A stretch of DNA of 64,000 bases from the human T2T-CHM13v2.0 reference genome, Homo sapiens: assembly GCF_009914755.1 (NCBI RefSeq), contig NC_060947.1. One strand, written 5' to 3'. The notes under the pieces are model-generated. The model was not told where the DNA came from. It did not search any database and saw only the letters and a program-made list of their open reading frames with translations. Position numbers and translations under genes: made by a program. Numbering within the stretch: position 1 is the first letter of the stretch; every line of letters starts with the position of its first letter. This document shows positions 13,710-27,023 of the stretch, piece by piece.

Positions 13710-14654
13710 AAAGTGCTCAGATTTTAAAGGAACAACTCATTTGTGGATTAGATAGGGAAGAGCCTGCCAGCATTAAGAATGGGCAGACTAGTCAAAATAG
13801 ACATTTCTCTGGAACATCCTTCAGGGGAATTCATTTTTATTCTTAAGAAAGTTAAAGTAATCTCATGTTTAAAGAATAGTGGACTGTATTCTTTGTAAAG
13901 AGGATGATTCTTCTGAATCATATAGTCAGCTACTAACCTGGCAGCTTGAGCTCAGTTTTCTCTGTGCTCTGTTTTCCTAAGAAGCACACAACTTGATAAA
14001 AGGTAGATTGTTAGATTAGTCTTGGTCCCTGGATCACCAGGATCATATTTGATCACTTTCAAAGTCTACATCATCAGAAAAATATTTACATTTCCCTTGC
14101 TAGTTTGAGAAATGTTTCTCATTATTTTAAAACTATTCCTGTGAACGTCTTTTATCTTATTTTTAAAGAAGGTGAGGCAGTTTGGTTGATCTTGAGTTAT
14201 AATCAAAATTTTTCAAAGCAAGGAACGAAAGCAACATAGAAATTAGGTTTTTTTTTTCCCCCTTGGAATGAGTTGTTTCAGGTAAAACTGTTCTAATTTC
14301 CAATTTATCTTCTTGGGTGGTGGGAATATGTTTTTTACTCCTTGATAGGTGTATTCTTAAAATGAGCACATTTCTTTTTAATTTCATTTCCACATCAATA
14401 AACATAAATCCCATGTATGTTAAGGTGTATTAAAATATGTAATTATGTTCTTAAATCTCTACTTAAAACAAGGAGAATATGAATCCTAGAGATATGGTTT
14501 TTATTTTAATAGAAATTGCTATTAAACCCAGGGTAGGTTGATACAATATTGGAGTTGAACCTATAGCTTAATGAAAGAGAGTGGGCAATTATGTTTTTCC
14601 TTTTGTTTAGAAATCAGGATTTATTAGACTTTTTCTTTCTTTTTTTCTCCTAGT

Positions 14655-14730
14655 GCATGTTTGGCAATGTAGGGAGGCCTTTTTGGTTTTGGTAGGGAGT
14701 TCCCACTGGCATCTGTGGGTAGAGGCTGTG
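14655..14730 (+). mobile_element. MER20/MER20B fragment
   Basis: tttggcaatgt..ttttggtt..actggcatctgtgggtagaggc. Confidence 0.6.
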
Positions 14731-15494
14731 AAAGGCTGGACCAGAGGTAGGCTGGTTTTTGACCTTATGAAACTTTGGAATTTTTGTTGGCAAGGCGTCC
14801 TTCCAGCTGGGACTCAATGCTTCAGTCTTCCCAGGAAAGAGATCTGTGTGAACCCAGCCCTACCTGCTTTTCAGCTGAACCACAGCATGAAATGCCCCGC
14901 CGGAATGCTCCACTGTAACTAGTGTCTGATGTCACACCAGTTTAGCCCCAGAAATCTGTGCCAGGAAGCCCACCTGAGCAGAGCTGCCTTCTGCACGGGC
15001 ATGCCTGGCCAGACACTGTGTTGTACAGTTGTGTTTTCACTCAGTTCTTTTGTTCTCAGTCATTGACCACTTGTAAAATCACTCCAAAAGATGGAAAAAT
15101 ATTTAGGTGTGTAGAAATGCAATGGGATCTGGTATTACTATATAATTTTTATACAGAAGGGCATTGTTGCTGGAAAAATGGGCTTTCCTAGCAGACCAGA
15201 TTTGAGTTTTTTGTTTTTTAATAAGGATGATTGACAGTCCTTTCCAATGTGTCATGAATGTTGAGGATCTAGGGCAAGATAAGGAATTTCTTTCTGCCTT
15301 CTGCAGACACTACTCTCTAGTACTTTTGTACAAGCATGCAGCATAGTTTATTGGAAACCTATTGCTATATAATGAGTTACCACAAATTTCTAAAAATTGC
15401 TGAGACTCACAGTTGTTTGAATAATTCACCTATGGATTTGGGATTGGAACCTCGCTCCCTGGACAGGAAATTCTATGTCTTTCCAGGTTACTGT

Positions 15495-15911
15495 TGTGGT
15501 AGTCAGAATCCCCACTGCTGCCACACATGCCCCATAAGAGTCCTTTCTCCTGAGTTGTTTGGGACCTATGATTATGATGGAATGACACTTCCTCCATTAG
15601 GTTACTTTGTATGACAAAGGTAATGGGGTGGACATGATTCCATTATATTCTATATACCTGTATTGTAGCTGTCAGAAGAAAGGTCCTCCTACTGGCTTTG
15701 AGTAAGTCAGTCATCATGTTGAGAGAGGACCCTGTGGCTAGGCCCTAAGGACAGACTCCAGGAGCTGACAGCAATCCCTGGCCAACAGCCAGCAAGCAAA
15801 GGGAGACCCCAGTCCCATAACCACAAGGACCTGGGTGCTGCCAACAGCCCAAGTGAGCCTAGAAAAGGACTTCAAGCTCCAGAAAAGACTGCATCCCAGC
15901 CAACATCTTGA
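15495..15911 (+). mobile_element. MLT1 (E/F-like) MaLR LTR, 3'-truncated
   Basis: tgtggtagtcagaat start; ctggctttgag, acagccagcaag, ccacaaggac, gccaacagcccaagtgagc motifs. Confidence 0.8.
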
Positions 15912-15927
15912 AGGATGTGTCATTACA

Positions 15928-16050
15928 CTCTGTGAGCCTCAGTAACCTGGTCTCTACACTGATGCTTAACTCTGAGGGTTGTTGTGAACACTCAATGAAA
16001 TGATGCCTAAAGAGATTGACAGATTGGACACTCAGTAAATGCTAATTCCT
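15928..16050 (+). mobile_element. MIR fragment
   Basis: ctctgtgagcctcagt, gagggttgttgtgaa, cactcagtaaatgcta. Confidence 0.7.
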
Positions 16051-17375
16051 TGCTGCCCCCAATTCTCTTTACTTCTGTGTCCCTCATAAAGGGGAAAGGG
16101 AGAGGGAGAGCAATGGAAGTGCTGGGCTACGGAAGTAGTTGATGCAAGTTGTTTTCCAAGCCTTAAAAGTGCTGCAGTGTGCGTAGATCACAAGGACTGG
16201 CTTAAGTACCAACGCATGGGGTGTTAATTTTTTTGTAGAGGATTCCAGGTTCAGAGGATATCTGAAGTGCTGACTTGGCAGCAAAATCCCATTTGTAACA
16301 TGTTAGATATTTATTAAATTTATTTATTGACTACCTCCTAGAGCACCTCTATAATGGGATTTAAAAATAGAACAGCATTCAAGTGAGTATCATGATCTTC
16401 TGGACCTCACAACCTAGGCAGAGAACTCCATCAGTCAGCAGGCTGTGGCTGTAGAGTGGGTGGAATACGATGAACATTACACAGATGGCATAAAAGGAGA
16501 AGCCATTCACTAGGTTTATGTGGGTTGGTGACAGCTTCCTATATAAGCGGAGGTTTGAAGATGGAGAAAGTTGGCAAAAGAAAGGGGTGGAGGGATAGAG
16601 AGAGGAAGGCATATAGGCAGAAGGAACAACCAGTGCAGAGCCTTGTGTGTGGGGGAGAGAGACGGTGCTTTTTTGGCAACTGTAAGTAGATCCATCCCAT
16701 AGATGATGAGATTTTATGAAAGAAACCTAGATGAGGTCAACCATTAAAGATGAGAATCAAGCAGCGGCCATGTCATAGAGTGCTTTGCAAGCCATGCTTT
16801 AGATTGTGCACTTTATCCTAAGGACATTGAAAGATGTTGAGATCTGAAGGTATTTGCATGGCATTGGACAGCTTGAACTTTAATGTAATCACTCTGGTTG
16901 CATTTGGACTAATGAATGTTTAAAGCAAATGTTTGCAAGGCAAGATATACTTTAGGAAGCTGTTGCGCTTATAGAATGCACAGAGGATGCTAGAGAAAAA
17001 TGGTAGAGGTGTGGAGAAAGAGAGAAAAAGCTCTGTGTTAAGGAAATGGAATCTAAGAGACTTGATGCCGGAGTAGATGTGGGGTAAGGGAGGCACCCAT
17101 GTCCTACCTTGAGAAATATCACGGAAGATGGTGCTATTTCTTGAGGTCAGAAATCTCAGAAAACAAACAGACAAGTTAGCAGTAGAAGACAAGTTTCAAT
17201 GTGGGGAATGGTAAACTTATTTTCCTGTGCTTTTAGGACAGCTCCATGGAATTATCAAACAGGATTGAAGAATCCGGTATGGAGGAGAAAGGCCTAGGCT
17301 GATGATATAAACATGAAAATGCTTAGTTATGGATTGTAGTGTTGATACTAATGAAAGGGATAGAGAGTGTGTAAA

Positions 17376-18007
17376 CAGTGGAACTCAATCAGGGGTGTTT
17401 TTCCTCCCAGGGGACACTTGGTGATATAGTTGGGATGTTTGTTCTTGCCAAATCTCATGTTGAAGTATGATCCCCAATGTCAGAGGTGGGGCCTGGTGGG
17501 AGGTGATTGGGTACCAGGGGGTGGATCCCTAATGAATGGCTTGGTGTTGGTGATAGTGAGTCAATTATCTTGAGATCTGGCTGTTTAAAAGAGTACGACA
17601 CCTCCCTTCACTCTCTCTTGCTTCCGGTCTCACCATGTGACATGCTGGCTCCCTGTCACCTTCCACCATGATTGGAAGCTTCCTGAAGCCCCACCAGAAG
17701 CAGATGCCAGCACTATGCTTCCTGTATAGCCTGCAGAACCCCAAGCCAATTAAACCTCTTTTCTTTAAAAGTACCCAGTCTCAGGTTGTATTTCTTTATA
17801 GCAATGCAAAAAATCCTGACACACTTGGCAATGCCGGGGGACATTGTTAGTCTTACAGTCAGAGGGAAGGATGTTGCTAGCATGTAGTGAGTGCAGGTCG
17901 GGGATGCTGCTAAACATCCTACAATGCACCCAGCACAACTCCACAACAAAGAATTAAAGAATTACACAGTTTGAAAAGGTCAATAATATTAAGGTTGAGA
18001 AACCATG
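17376..18007 (+). mobile_element. MER20 split by an MST LTR
   Basis: cagtggaactcaa..cccaggggacacttgg, resuming after the LTR as cttggcaatg..gatgctgctaaacatcctacaatgcac..aggttgagaaacc. Confidence 0.9.
17422..17823 (+). mobile_element. MSTB-like MaLR solo LTR
   Basis: tgatatagtt...aca ends with perfect TSD CTTGG at 17417-17421 and 17824-17828. Confidence 0.93.
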
Positions 18008-18395
18008 ATACAGAGCAATCAGAGGAGAGGACTGAGTTTCAAGAACAACATCTTGTTATGTGCCAGCATTGAAAGGAAAAGTATTAGGAAAGGAGCCCAC
18101 AAAACTGTCTGTGGAGAAACAACCAGAGACATAGAAAATCAAGACATTGAGGTGTCAGAGAAGCTAAAGAAAGAGACATAGACAACAGGGGAAAATGTCA
18201 CAGAGATATCAAGTACAAAAAGACCAAGAAAGCATTCGCTGGGTCACACAAGTGCAAGGTCAAGGGGACTTTAGCAGGAACAACTGTATCAATGTCATGG
18301 TGACAGTGTCGTGCTGCAGTGGGTTTACTACTGAACAGGATGTGAGAAAGGAGAGATGGAAAATGAGGACACGTCTTTTAAGAAATGTGACCCTG

Positions 18396-18550
18396 AGCTG
18401 GGCATGGTAGCTCACGCCTGTAATCCCAGCACTTTGGGAGGCAGAGTGGGGAGGATTGCCTGAGCCCAGGAGTTGGAAACCAGCCTGGGCAACATGGTGT
18501 GACCTCATAACAAAAAAAAAAAAAAAAAAAGAGAGAGAGAGAAAATAAAC
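18396..18550 (+). mobile_element. Free left Alu monomer (FLAM_C-like)
   Basis: Single left arm plus A-rich tail; perfect TSD agaaatgtgaccctg at 18381-18395 and 18551-18565. Confidence 0.92.
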
Positions 18551-18854
18551 AGAAATGTGACCCTGAAAGGAAGGTGAGGCATTAATTGGTTGATCCAAGG
18601 AGAGACAGAGTTGAGGGAAGACTTTGCAGAAAATACTTGACATGTGGATGCTCATGGAAAGAGAACAGAAGAGGGGAGAGGTTGAAGATACAGGAAAAGC
18701 AACCTGGTCCCTAAAGTCCTAAAGTGGGTTAAACAGGTTAGAGTCATGAGCCCTGGTGGGAGAGCTGTCTTCTAAAAGACGTGATGTGTCTTCTCTGTTG
18801 GAGAAGGAGGGAAGTTACAAAGAGAATGCACTGACAGCTTTAAGTTAAGGAAAC

Positions 18855-19556
18855 ACCCAGGGTTTCAAGTTCCAGCTCCACCCATTTCAAGATGCCTACC
18901 CTGGAGCAGGGGACTTAACCTCTGTCAGCCTCGCTTCCTTTAGCTATGAAATGAAAAAATAAGAGGGGCCTGGCGCAGTGGCTTAATCCTATGATCCCAG
19001 CATGGGAAGCAGGGTGGGAGGATTGTTTGTGCCCAGGAGTTTGAGATCTGCCTGGGCAATGTAGTGAAATGCTACCGCGACAAATAATAATCACTATCAT
19101 CATTAAAAAATTAGCCAAGCACGGTGGTGTGTGCCTGTAGTCCCAGCTACTCGGGAGGCTGAAGTGGGAGGATCACCTGAGCCTGGGAGGTTAAGGCTGC
19201 AACGAGCCATGATCACACCATTGCCCTCCAGCTTGGGTGACAGAGTGAGACTCAGGCTTAGGTTGACGTTATAAACATGAAAATGCTTAGTTATGGATTG
19301 TAGTGTAGACACTAATTAAAGGGATGAAGAGTGTGTAAACAGTGGAACTCAGTCAGGGGTGTTTTTACTCCCAGGTATAGTTTGAATGTTTCTTCCTATC
19401 AAATGTTCCTATCTCAAAAAACAAACAAACAAACAACAACAACAAACCACCAGAGTAATCAATTCATACAATTACTGTGATAATTGAATAAGTAAATTTA
19501 TTAAAAGTGCTTAGACTGGCTCTTAACATTTCGTAAGAACTCAATAAACGTTTGCT
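18855..19556 (+). mobile_element. MIR split by AluJ
   Basis: Core acttaacctctgtcagcctcgcttcc before the Alu; aaagtgcttagac..ctcaataaacgtttgct after it. Confidence 0.7.
18967..19446 (+). mobile_element. AluJ carrying a ~150-bp foreign insert just before its tail
   Basis: Alu runs to gtgagactc (19253) and resumes cctatctcaaaaaacaaac at ~19408. Confidence 0.92.
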
Positions 19557-21798
19557 CATTCTCTCTCTCAACTCAGACTGAGAAAGTTTAAACATAATAA
19601 TAGAAAGTTTAAAGAGCGTAGAACAGTTTTAAAACAGCCTCTAGTGAATAGAGGAGATATGTAAACAGGGAAAGTAAATAACCAGGTGGCTATGGGTTTA
19701 GTTTTGGCTTCACTCAACCGGAAACTGGCAGACAGACACTAAACCCATAGCATCAGCTCCATTACTTGAATGTTCTTTCTTGTTCTCTCTCTAATTTCCT
19801 TCCAACACGCATTCATCTCAGCCATTCACTAGTCTGAAGGATGCTGGCCCTGCCATTCCCTAAACTCCAAGACTTGGCCAATCACAGGAATATCCAACCT
19901 ACCCTAGACATATTTTAATTTAGGTAAAGCCTGATTAAGGAGGGCATGGATTTAGGATTTGGGGCTTTCTCCTGGAAGAACAGTGGTATAGGATGTGAAT
20001 TTGTAGGGGCATTTAAGAAACAGGACACTACTGTGATTGAGAGAATCAGGTTGCCACTCTCTGATTTTACACTACCTGAACAGACATGGCCATTTATATT
20101 TACCACTCTCTGACATTAAATATGTAAAAGATAGACATTTGGCACCTGATAGAAAAAGACTAGTGATATGAAGTTAAAAGAAATAAAGGAAAGTCATGAA
20201 TTTGACTATTGTTTTGCCTCCAACATAAGCATATAGGTAACTATTGAATTTTTGTATGCAGCGACCTCGTGGGCAGTCAATGAATACTGCTTTCCTGACA
20301 GCTTACTAAATTCTTACAATCATAATAACAATTGCAAATCTGCACCATGAAGTCGACTTTCATCATGAACATATTTTCTCTTTTGCAACACATATCGGTA
20401 TTTTGTTGGCAAATTAGGATGATATATTGATGCTGATGTCATGGTCTGGAAGTTGAATCCAGACTCCATGTATAAAGTAATAGTATATACTCAGGGGTGA
20501 AAGGAGCAGATTTTTAAAAATTATTTATTATTATTATGTTTATGACTGTTAGAGTGGTCCAAGTCTCTAGATTTTGCTGGCAACAATCACCAAAAAAATC
20601 AGGCTTCATACTGAGATGGTCAGGGCTATTTATTTAGTTTACTTATTAGCTCTCAATTATATTCAAGCTCTTTTCCTTCTGCTGGTTGATCTCAACAGAT
20701 GTTGGGTTCACTCCTCTGGAGGAAGCATTCTTTCAGCGTTCAGTGCTTTCAGAGGGAGGGAACAATTAAATCACCCCAGGGTCCAATTTAATAAAACCTC
20801 ATTCACAACAATTCATCAAAGGTGGGATGGACGCACATAGACCTCCATTTAAACAGGATGCAGAGAGTTGCAACATTTGCCATTGTGTTCTGCAGACCCT
20901 GACCTCAAGCGTCAACTGTTTCCCCATCTCTTCAGGAAAAGCAACGTTTCAGCTCAAGGCTGCCATTTTTCATTGCTGCTGGTTTCAACACAGATTGACA
21001 TTTTAAAAAACATATGCTCTTACCTCAACTTTTTTTTTTTTTTTTGGTTTGAGGCTGAATGCTAGACATTGAGAAACACCATCAAGAACTTAACAGGGAC
21101 ACTAATGTTAATCTCTTTGTTTACCTCTAAAACAGAGCTTTGCCCTAAAGTAGTAACATTCAATTAAATGTCACTTCTGTTATTCCTGGTGCAGTGTGGA
21201 TTAAGGGCCATCAAGAGGACTTCATAGAAAGCCCAGAATTGTCCTTACTTTGCAGAAAGTAATCCTCAGGGGAAAAAATGATAATAAAACTATCATAAAG
21301 TTATGAAAAACACAAGGAAAAAATTAAAGGATAATATTTTCAAGCTTTAACGTAGAATATTCTTCCTTATGAAATATATGCCATTATTTCTTGTATTACT
21401 CAGAAAAAAAATTTTAGCTACCAAATGGGTAAACCACAAACGTGTAGATAATTTAGGCTGGAGAGACAGTATGTTGTTTTTCACTTGATTAGACTCACAT
21501 GTAACCTCTAGCATTATTAGTGTGAAATGTTACATCAGAATAATTAGTTCTTATGTAAAGGTGTCATTCAAAATTTATAAAACACTGTATAATCTCCACA
21601 GCACTTATCTACAAAAGGCAGAACATATTTTTATTTGCACTGCTCTAATTGCATTGGTCTGTCTAATCTTTGACTTTCTTTAATTGAAAACGCTTGTTTA
21701 TTTGTTTGTTTGTTCATTTGTTTTGGAAGTTTGACTCCCTCTTTAAGAAAAGGCAACTTTCACAAAACATTCTGAACTTCTGTTACCTAAAGTAACAA

Positions 21799-22722
21799 AG
21801 AAGTGTCTGTTAGTGCCCTTTGACCACTTTTCAATGGGGTTGTTTTTTGCTTTCTTGTAAATTTGTTTAAGTTCCTTGTAGATTCTGGATATTTGACCTT
21901 TGTCAGGTGGATAGATTGCAAAAATTTATGCAGCCAACAAACATGAAAAAAAGCTCAACATCACTAATCATTAGAGAAATGCAAATCAAAACCACAATGA
22001 GATACCATCTCATGCCAGTCAGAATGGTGATTATTAAAAAGTCAAGAAACAACAGATGCTAATGAGGTTGTAGAGAAATGGGAACACTTTTACACTATTG
22101 GCAGGAGTGTAAATTAGTTCAACCATTGTGGAAGATGGTGTGGCGATTCCTCAGAGACCTAGAACCAGAAATAGCACTTGACCCAGCAATCCCATTACCA
22201 AGTATATACCCAAAGGAATATAAATTATTCCGTTATAAAATACGTGCATGCATATGTTCACTGCAGCACTATTCACGATAGCAAAGACATGCAATCAACC
22301 CAAATATCCATCAATGATAGACTGGATAAAGAAAATGTGGTACATATACACCAGGGAATACTATGCAGCCATAAAAAGGAATGAGATCATGTCCTTTGCA
22401 GAGACATGGATGGAGTTGGAAGCTGTTATCCTCAGCAAACTAACCCACGAACAGAAAGCCAAACACTGCATGTTCTCACTCATAAGTGGGAAATGAACAA
22501 TGAGAACACATGGACACAGAGAGGGGAACAACACACACCAGGGCCAATCGGGGAAGGTGGAGGGAGAGCATCAGGAAAAATAGCTAATGCATGTGGGGCT
22601 TAATACCTAGGTGATGGGATGATAGGTGCAGCAAACCACCATGGCACATGTTTACCAATGAAACAAACCTGCAGGTCCTGTACATGTATCCCAGAACTAA
22701 AAATAAAATAAAATTTTTTTAA
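21799..22722 (+). mobile_element. 5'-truncated, 5'-inverted L1PA (L1PA10-13-like)
   Basis: Antisense ORF2 piece 21799-21927 joined to sense ORF2 3' end and 3'UTR; TSD aaagtaaca at 21789-21797 and 22723-22731; ORF 22248-22496 translates as the ORF2p C-terminus. Confidence 0.93.
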
Positions 22723-23025
22723 AAAGTAACAGGCTATTACACTTTCTCTTTTACATTTGTATGGCATTCTGGCACGTGTGATGCTGTTTAACAAGAAGAG
22801 ATGTAGGTACAAAATTTGGACACACGTATAGGTTTAGGTCTAGGTGTAGGCATATAGACATACACATAGACATTGTTATATATAAAAAATTCATATTTGA
22901 CTGTTTCGCCTTTAAGAAAGGAAGAAACTGTCCACTGTCCACATAGTTTATTGTATTTAACACTCAAACTTCCTTCCCTATGTTAGCTCTCCAGCAACTC
23001 TGCTCTAGATTTAAAGGAGAGGCAA

Positions 23026-23265
23026 CAGTGCAGCAGGTCAGAGCACAGATTGTGGGATAAGACTCACATCTCATTTGCTGTGTGACCTCAGGCAAGTTTC
23101 TTAACCTTTCCATGCATCTGTTTCTCATTTGTAAGATGGGGGTGACAACATTACCCTACATGTGAGATTGATGTGAAAATTACACACCAATAAAATAAAA
23201 GTTGATGGAACAATTCATGACGCTTAATAAGTGCAATGGAAGTGTGAGCTATTACTATTATTATA
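23026..23265 (+). mobile_element. MIR SINE
   Basis: gctgtgtgacctcaggcaagtttcttaacct..tgtttctcatttgtaagatgggg core. Confidence 0.85.
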
Positions 23266-24353
23266 TTCATCAATATGGAAAACAGTATTCTAAGGCATTA
23301 ATTTATGTTACAGAGGCCACAAAAGATTGGTGGTTTAAATGGAGGTCTAGCTTCAAGGCTCTCTCTCCTAAGGACATCGTTGCTGGTGGGACTTTGAGTC
23401 CGATGCCCTGAGTTATTTCCCCAGCTTTCTGGAGCTCCAATCCCATGAACTAGGACGTGTTCCTCTCAGGTCTCAGTTTCCTTTTTTGTGCACTCTGACA
23501 ATAGGGACCTCTTTCTAATATAATTCCTATGCTTCTCCTACTTAGGGTAAGAAGCAGATAATTTAAAAGTGGGTTAAAATTATGGAGAACCGAAAAGGGT
23601 TCAGTGGTATTGTAGACTTTCAATTTTAAGTAAAAATTCCTCATTCTAAAGATGAAAATAGATAATGGAAACATTGCCCAACATTGAGGTCCTAAAAAAT
23701 ACTGATTCATTTTTTATTCCTTACATTTATTTTTATAGGAATTTATGTTTCTAGATTGATTTGCGTATTCTTTTTATGTTTTTATTTTGATTGTGTTTTA
23801 CTTATGTTATAACTAATGAACAGACATCTAGGTATTTAGGAAGAGTCTTCAAAGGAAGCAGAATTAATTTTTTAAAATGTTGAACCAACATCATATTTTC
23901 CAAGCAGGTAGAAAATGTAAACCATACTCCAAACTGCAGACATGTAACTTAATATACTCCTGGTAAACATGGCTTCCTGTCCCTAAGAAATGAGGCAGGA
24001 ACAACTTTTGGACATTAAGTAGCTTATAAAAGAAAATATTTAATGAGTTGAATAAAACAATGAGCAATGCCATTTGACTTAAATTTGTAAACGTTCTCTA
24101 GATTTTAAAGTAAAAGGTATTTTGACCTTGGCACAATGTACCTCAGAGTTGGCTGAATCAAACATATTTCAAAGACAGTTTGAACTTTCAGTTGAGCTTA
24201 AAACACTTCTTGTTTCCACAAGCCTTAAAACCATGCCTTATTTTATCCAGAAATGTTGTATCTTTATGTTAGAAGAAAAAAATAAAAATTTGGATATGTG
24301 TGAGAATAAATAGGTTTTACATGTAGGTGATCTGTTAAGATATGTTTATAAAC

Positions 24354-24480
24354 TGGGGTAGCTTGTCTTCAAGACATCCCCAGTGAACCTGGCCTCCTGT
24401 TAGTCACACTGTTGTGTAGTTCCCTCTCTCAGGGCACCACAGAATGGTCTGTGTCACCAAAACTAATGACAGTATGTGTC
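24354..24480 (+). mobile_element. MLT1F/G-like LTR 5' fragment
   Basis: caagacatccccagtgaacctggcctcctg..cacactgttgtgtagttccctc. Confidence 0.6.
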
Positions 24481-24718
24481 CGCTTCCATGTTTCTCTATT
24501 AGAGAGTGGCTTGTTTCCAGACAAGAGGGACAAGTGTTTCCAGATCAACCACCTCAAAGTATCAAGTTCTTTTACATTTTTTAAACTGGTGTGTACATAT
24601 AGACAAAGCAATACAAAGAGAAACCATCGTTTTTTTAAATAAATAAATAATATATCAGTTTGGCAGTCTTATTCTTGTGTGGACTTTGTGAAGTTTCAGT
24701 ATTTTAAAAATTCACACA

Positions 24719-24994
24719 TTGGGAGGCCGAGGTGGGAGGATAGCTTGAGCCCAGGAGGTTGAGACCAGCCTAGGCAATATGGTGAGACCCCATCTCTACA
24801 AAAAGTTAAAAAATTAGCCAGGTGTGGTGGCACATGTCTGTCCTCTCAGCTACTCAGGAGGCTGAGGCAGGAGGATAGCTTGAGCACAGGTCAAGGCTGC
24901 AGTGAGCGATGGTCTTACCACTGCATTCCAACCCAGGCAACAGAGTGAGACCCTGTCTCAAAAAACAAAACAAAACAGAAAACAAACAAAAAAA
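24719..24994 (+). mobile_element. 5'-truncated AluJ
   Basis: ggaggatagcttgagcccagg J-type diagnostics; (CAAAA)n tail. Confidence 0.93.
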
Positions 24995-25086
24995 TCTCAA
25001 TCCATCGATATCTTTTGCTTCTGTTTTACAAATATTAGAAAATACTGTCTCTCAAAATGGATACTCCCTTTTGTATTTTACGTTTA

Positions 25087-25620
<534 letters not shown>

Positions 25621-26828
25621 TCACTGGATGGCAGCAAGAAGAAAAAGTAACAGCTTAACTTAAATGACTACTTTGTAGAAATGAATATATTCATTGTCTT
25701 CTTGACTTCAAACACATCACATAGTTGTTCTGCACCTTTGAAGTCAGATTAATCTTTGGCACCATTTATAAGGTAGCCACTGGGAAAGTTTATGTGGTCA
25801 TGTAGACACAACTGTAATACTCAAAATTATGGTTTTTGCCAGACAGGGTTTCCTCAGAACTATGCATACCCCCACCACTTCAAGGAAGGACCGTGAACAC
25901 TTGCCCCTCTTTAATTTTATATCCAAAGTTTTCTCTGTTTGCCTTTGTTTCTGTTAGCTCTTTGGCAAGCATCTGTTGTTTTTTGTTTCCTCATTTGGAA
26001 GGGCATTTTGTTGATGCTATTCATTAATGAAATTTGTGTTTTTCACTTTTACCATGGAAAATTACATTCACCCAACTTGCTCATCATAAAACTTACATTA
26101 AAGAAAATCTCATTTAAGATAGTAAAAGGTTACATACATTTTCAGAGACTGGAAGGCAGAATTGAACACAGAACTAAGTCTCAGTACTGCAAACACACTA
26201 ACTTCTAAGTGGCTGCTTTATTTGCTTATTAGAGGAATAATTGAAACTCTCTCCTATTCAATTTTATTACCCTATGGGATACGAGAAGACTTTCTAGCTC
26301 CGTGTGATGCTGCATTTTTAACACTAAGAATATATTTCCCAGCAGGCGAAATCTACTCAACTTTACATATTCAGGTGCTTTATTTTCATCATCAAGCAAA
26401 TAGCTTATATCCCATCAGTATAAAATATGCATACAAGGTAATTTAACTAATATGTATTGGCATCATTTTTACACAAAGGTCCCATTGTGGATTTTAAAAC
26501 CTATCCTGCTGAAAATGATACCCACCAACCAAATAATAAGGAAATAATTTATGTTGCTCTTTAGACAACATTATCCTGAATTGCCGATTTTCGGCCATCA
26601 AGTCGAACTTTATAATGTCACTATTCTTAACATCTGTTGAACTCTAGGCAGAAAAATTTCTCCTGAAAACACAGTAAAGCTCTGGAAAAGTGGATATTGA
26701 ATGTCCTTTCACTGGCTATTTCCCATCTGACATGTTGGAAATATATTTTTAAGGTTTGGGTTTTCATTTTTCAGTTTTATTCATGCAAATACACATTTTA
26801 AGTATATATTTACTTTCATAAATCAGTC

Positions 26829-26982
26829 TTTTCTTTTTATTCAGTGTCTCACTTTGTCACCCAGGCTGGAGTGCAGTGGTAAGATCATAGCTCACTACAG
26901 CCTTGAACTCCTGGGCTCAAGTTCTTCCCACCTTCGCTTCCCAAAGCACTGGGATTACAAGTCTGAGTTACTGTGTCCAGCC
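26829..26982 (-). mobile_element. Alu monomer (FRAM/FAM or arm-recombined), followed by a T32 run
   Basis: Single antisense unit flanked by agtctttt on both sides; poly-T at 26987-27018. Confidence 0.85.
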
Positions 26983-26984
26983 AG

Positions 26985-27023
<39 letters not shown>

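Larger units (their letters stand above)
16305..18830 (-). mobile_element. Long degraded L2, interrupted by MER20/MST and FLAM
   Basis: L2 3' end tatttattgactacct followed by purine-rich L2 ORF2 antisense motifs (aggcagaaggaacaaccagtgcagag, ctttatcctaagg, ttaggaagctgttgc). Confidence 0.7.
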
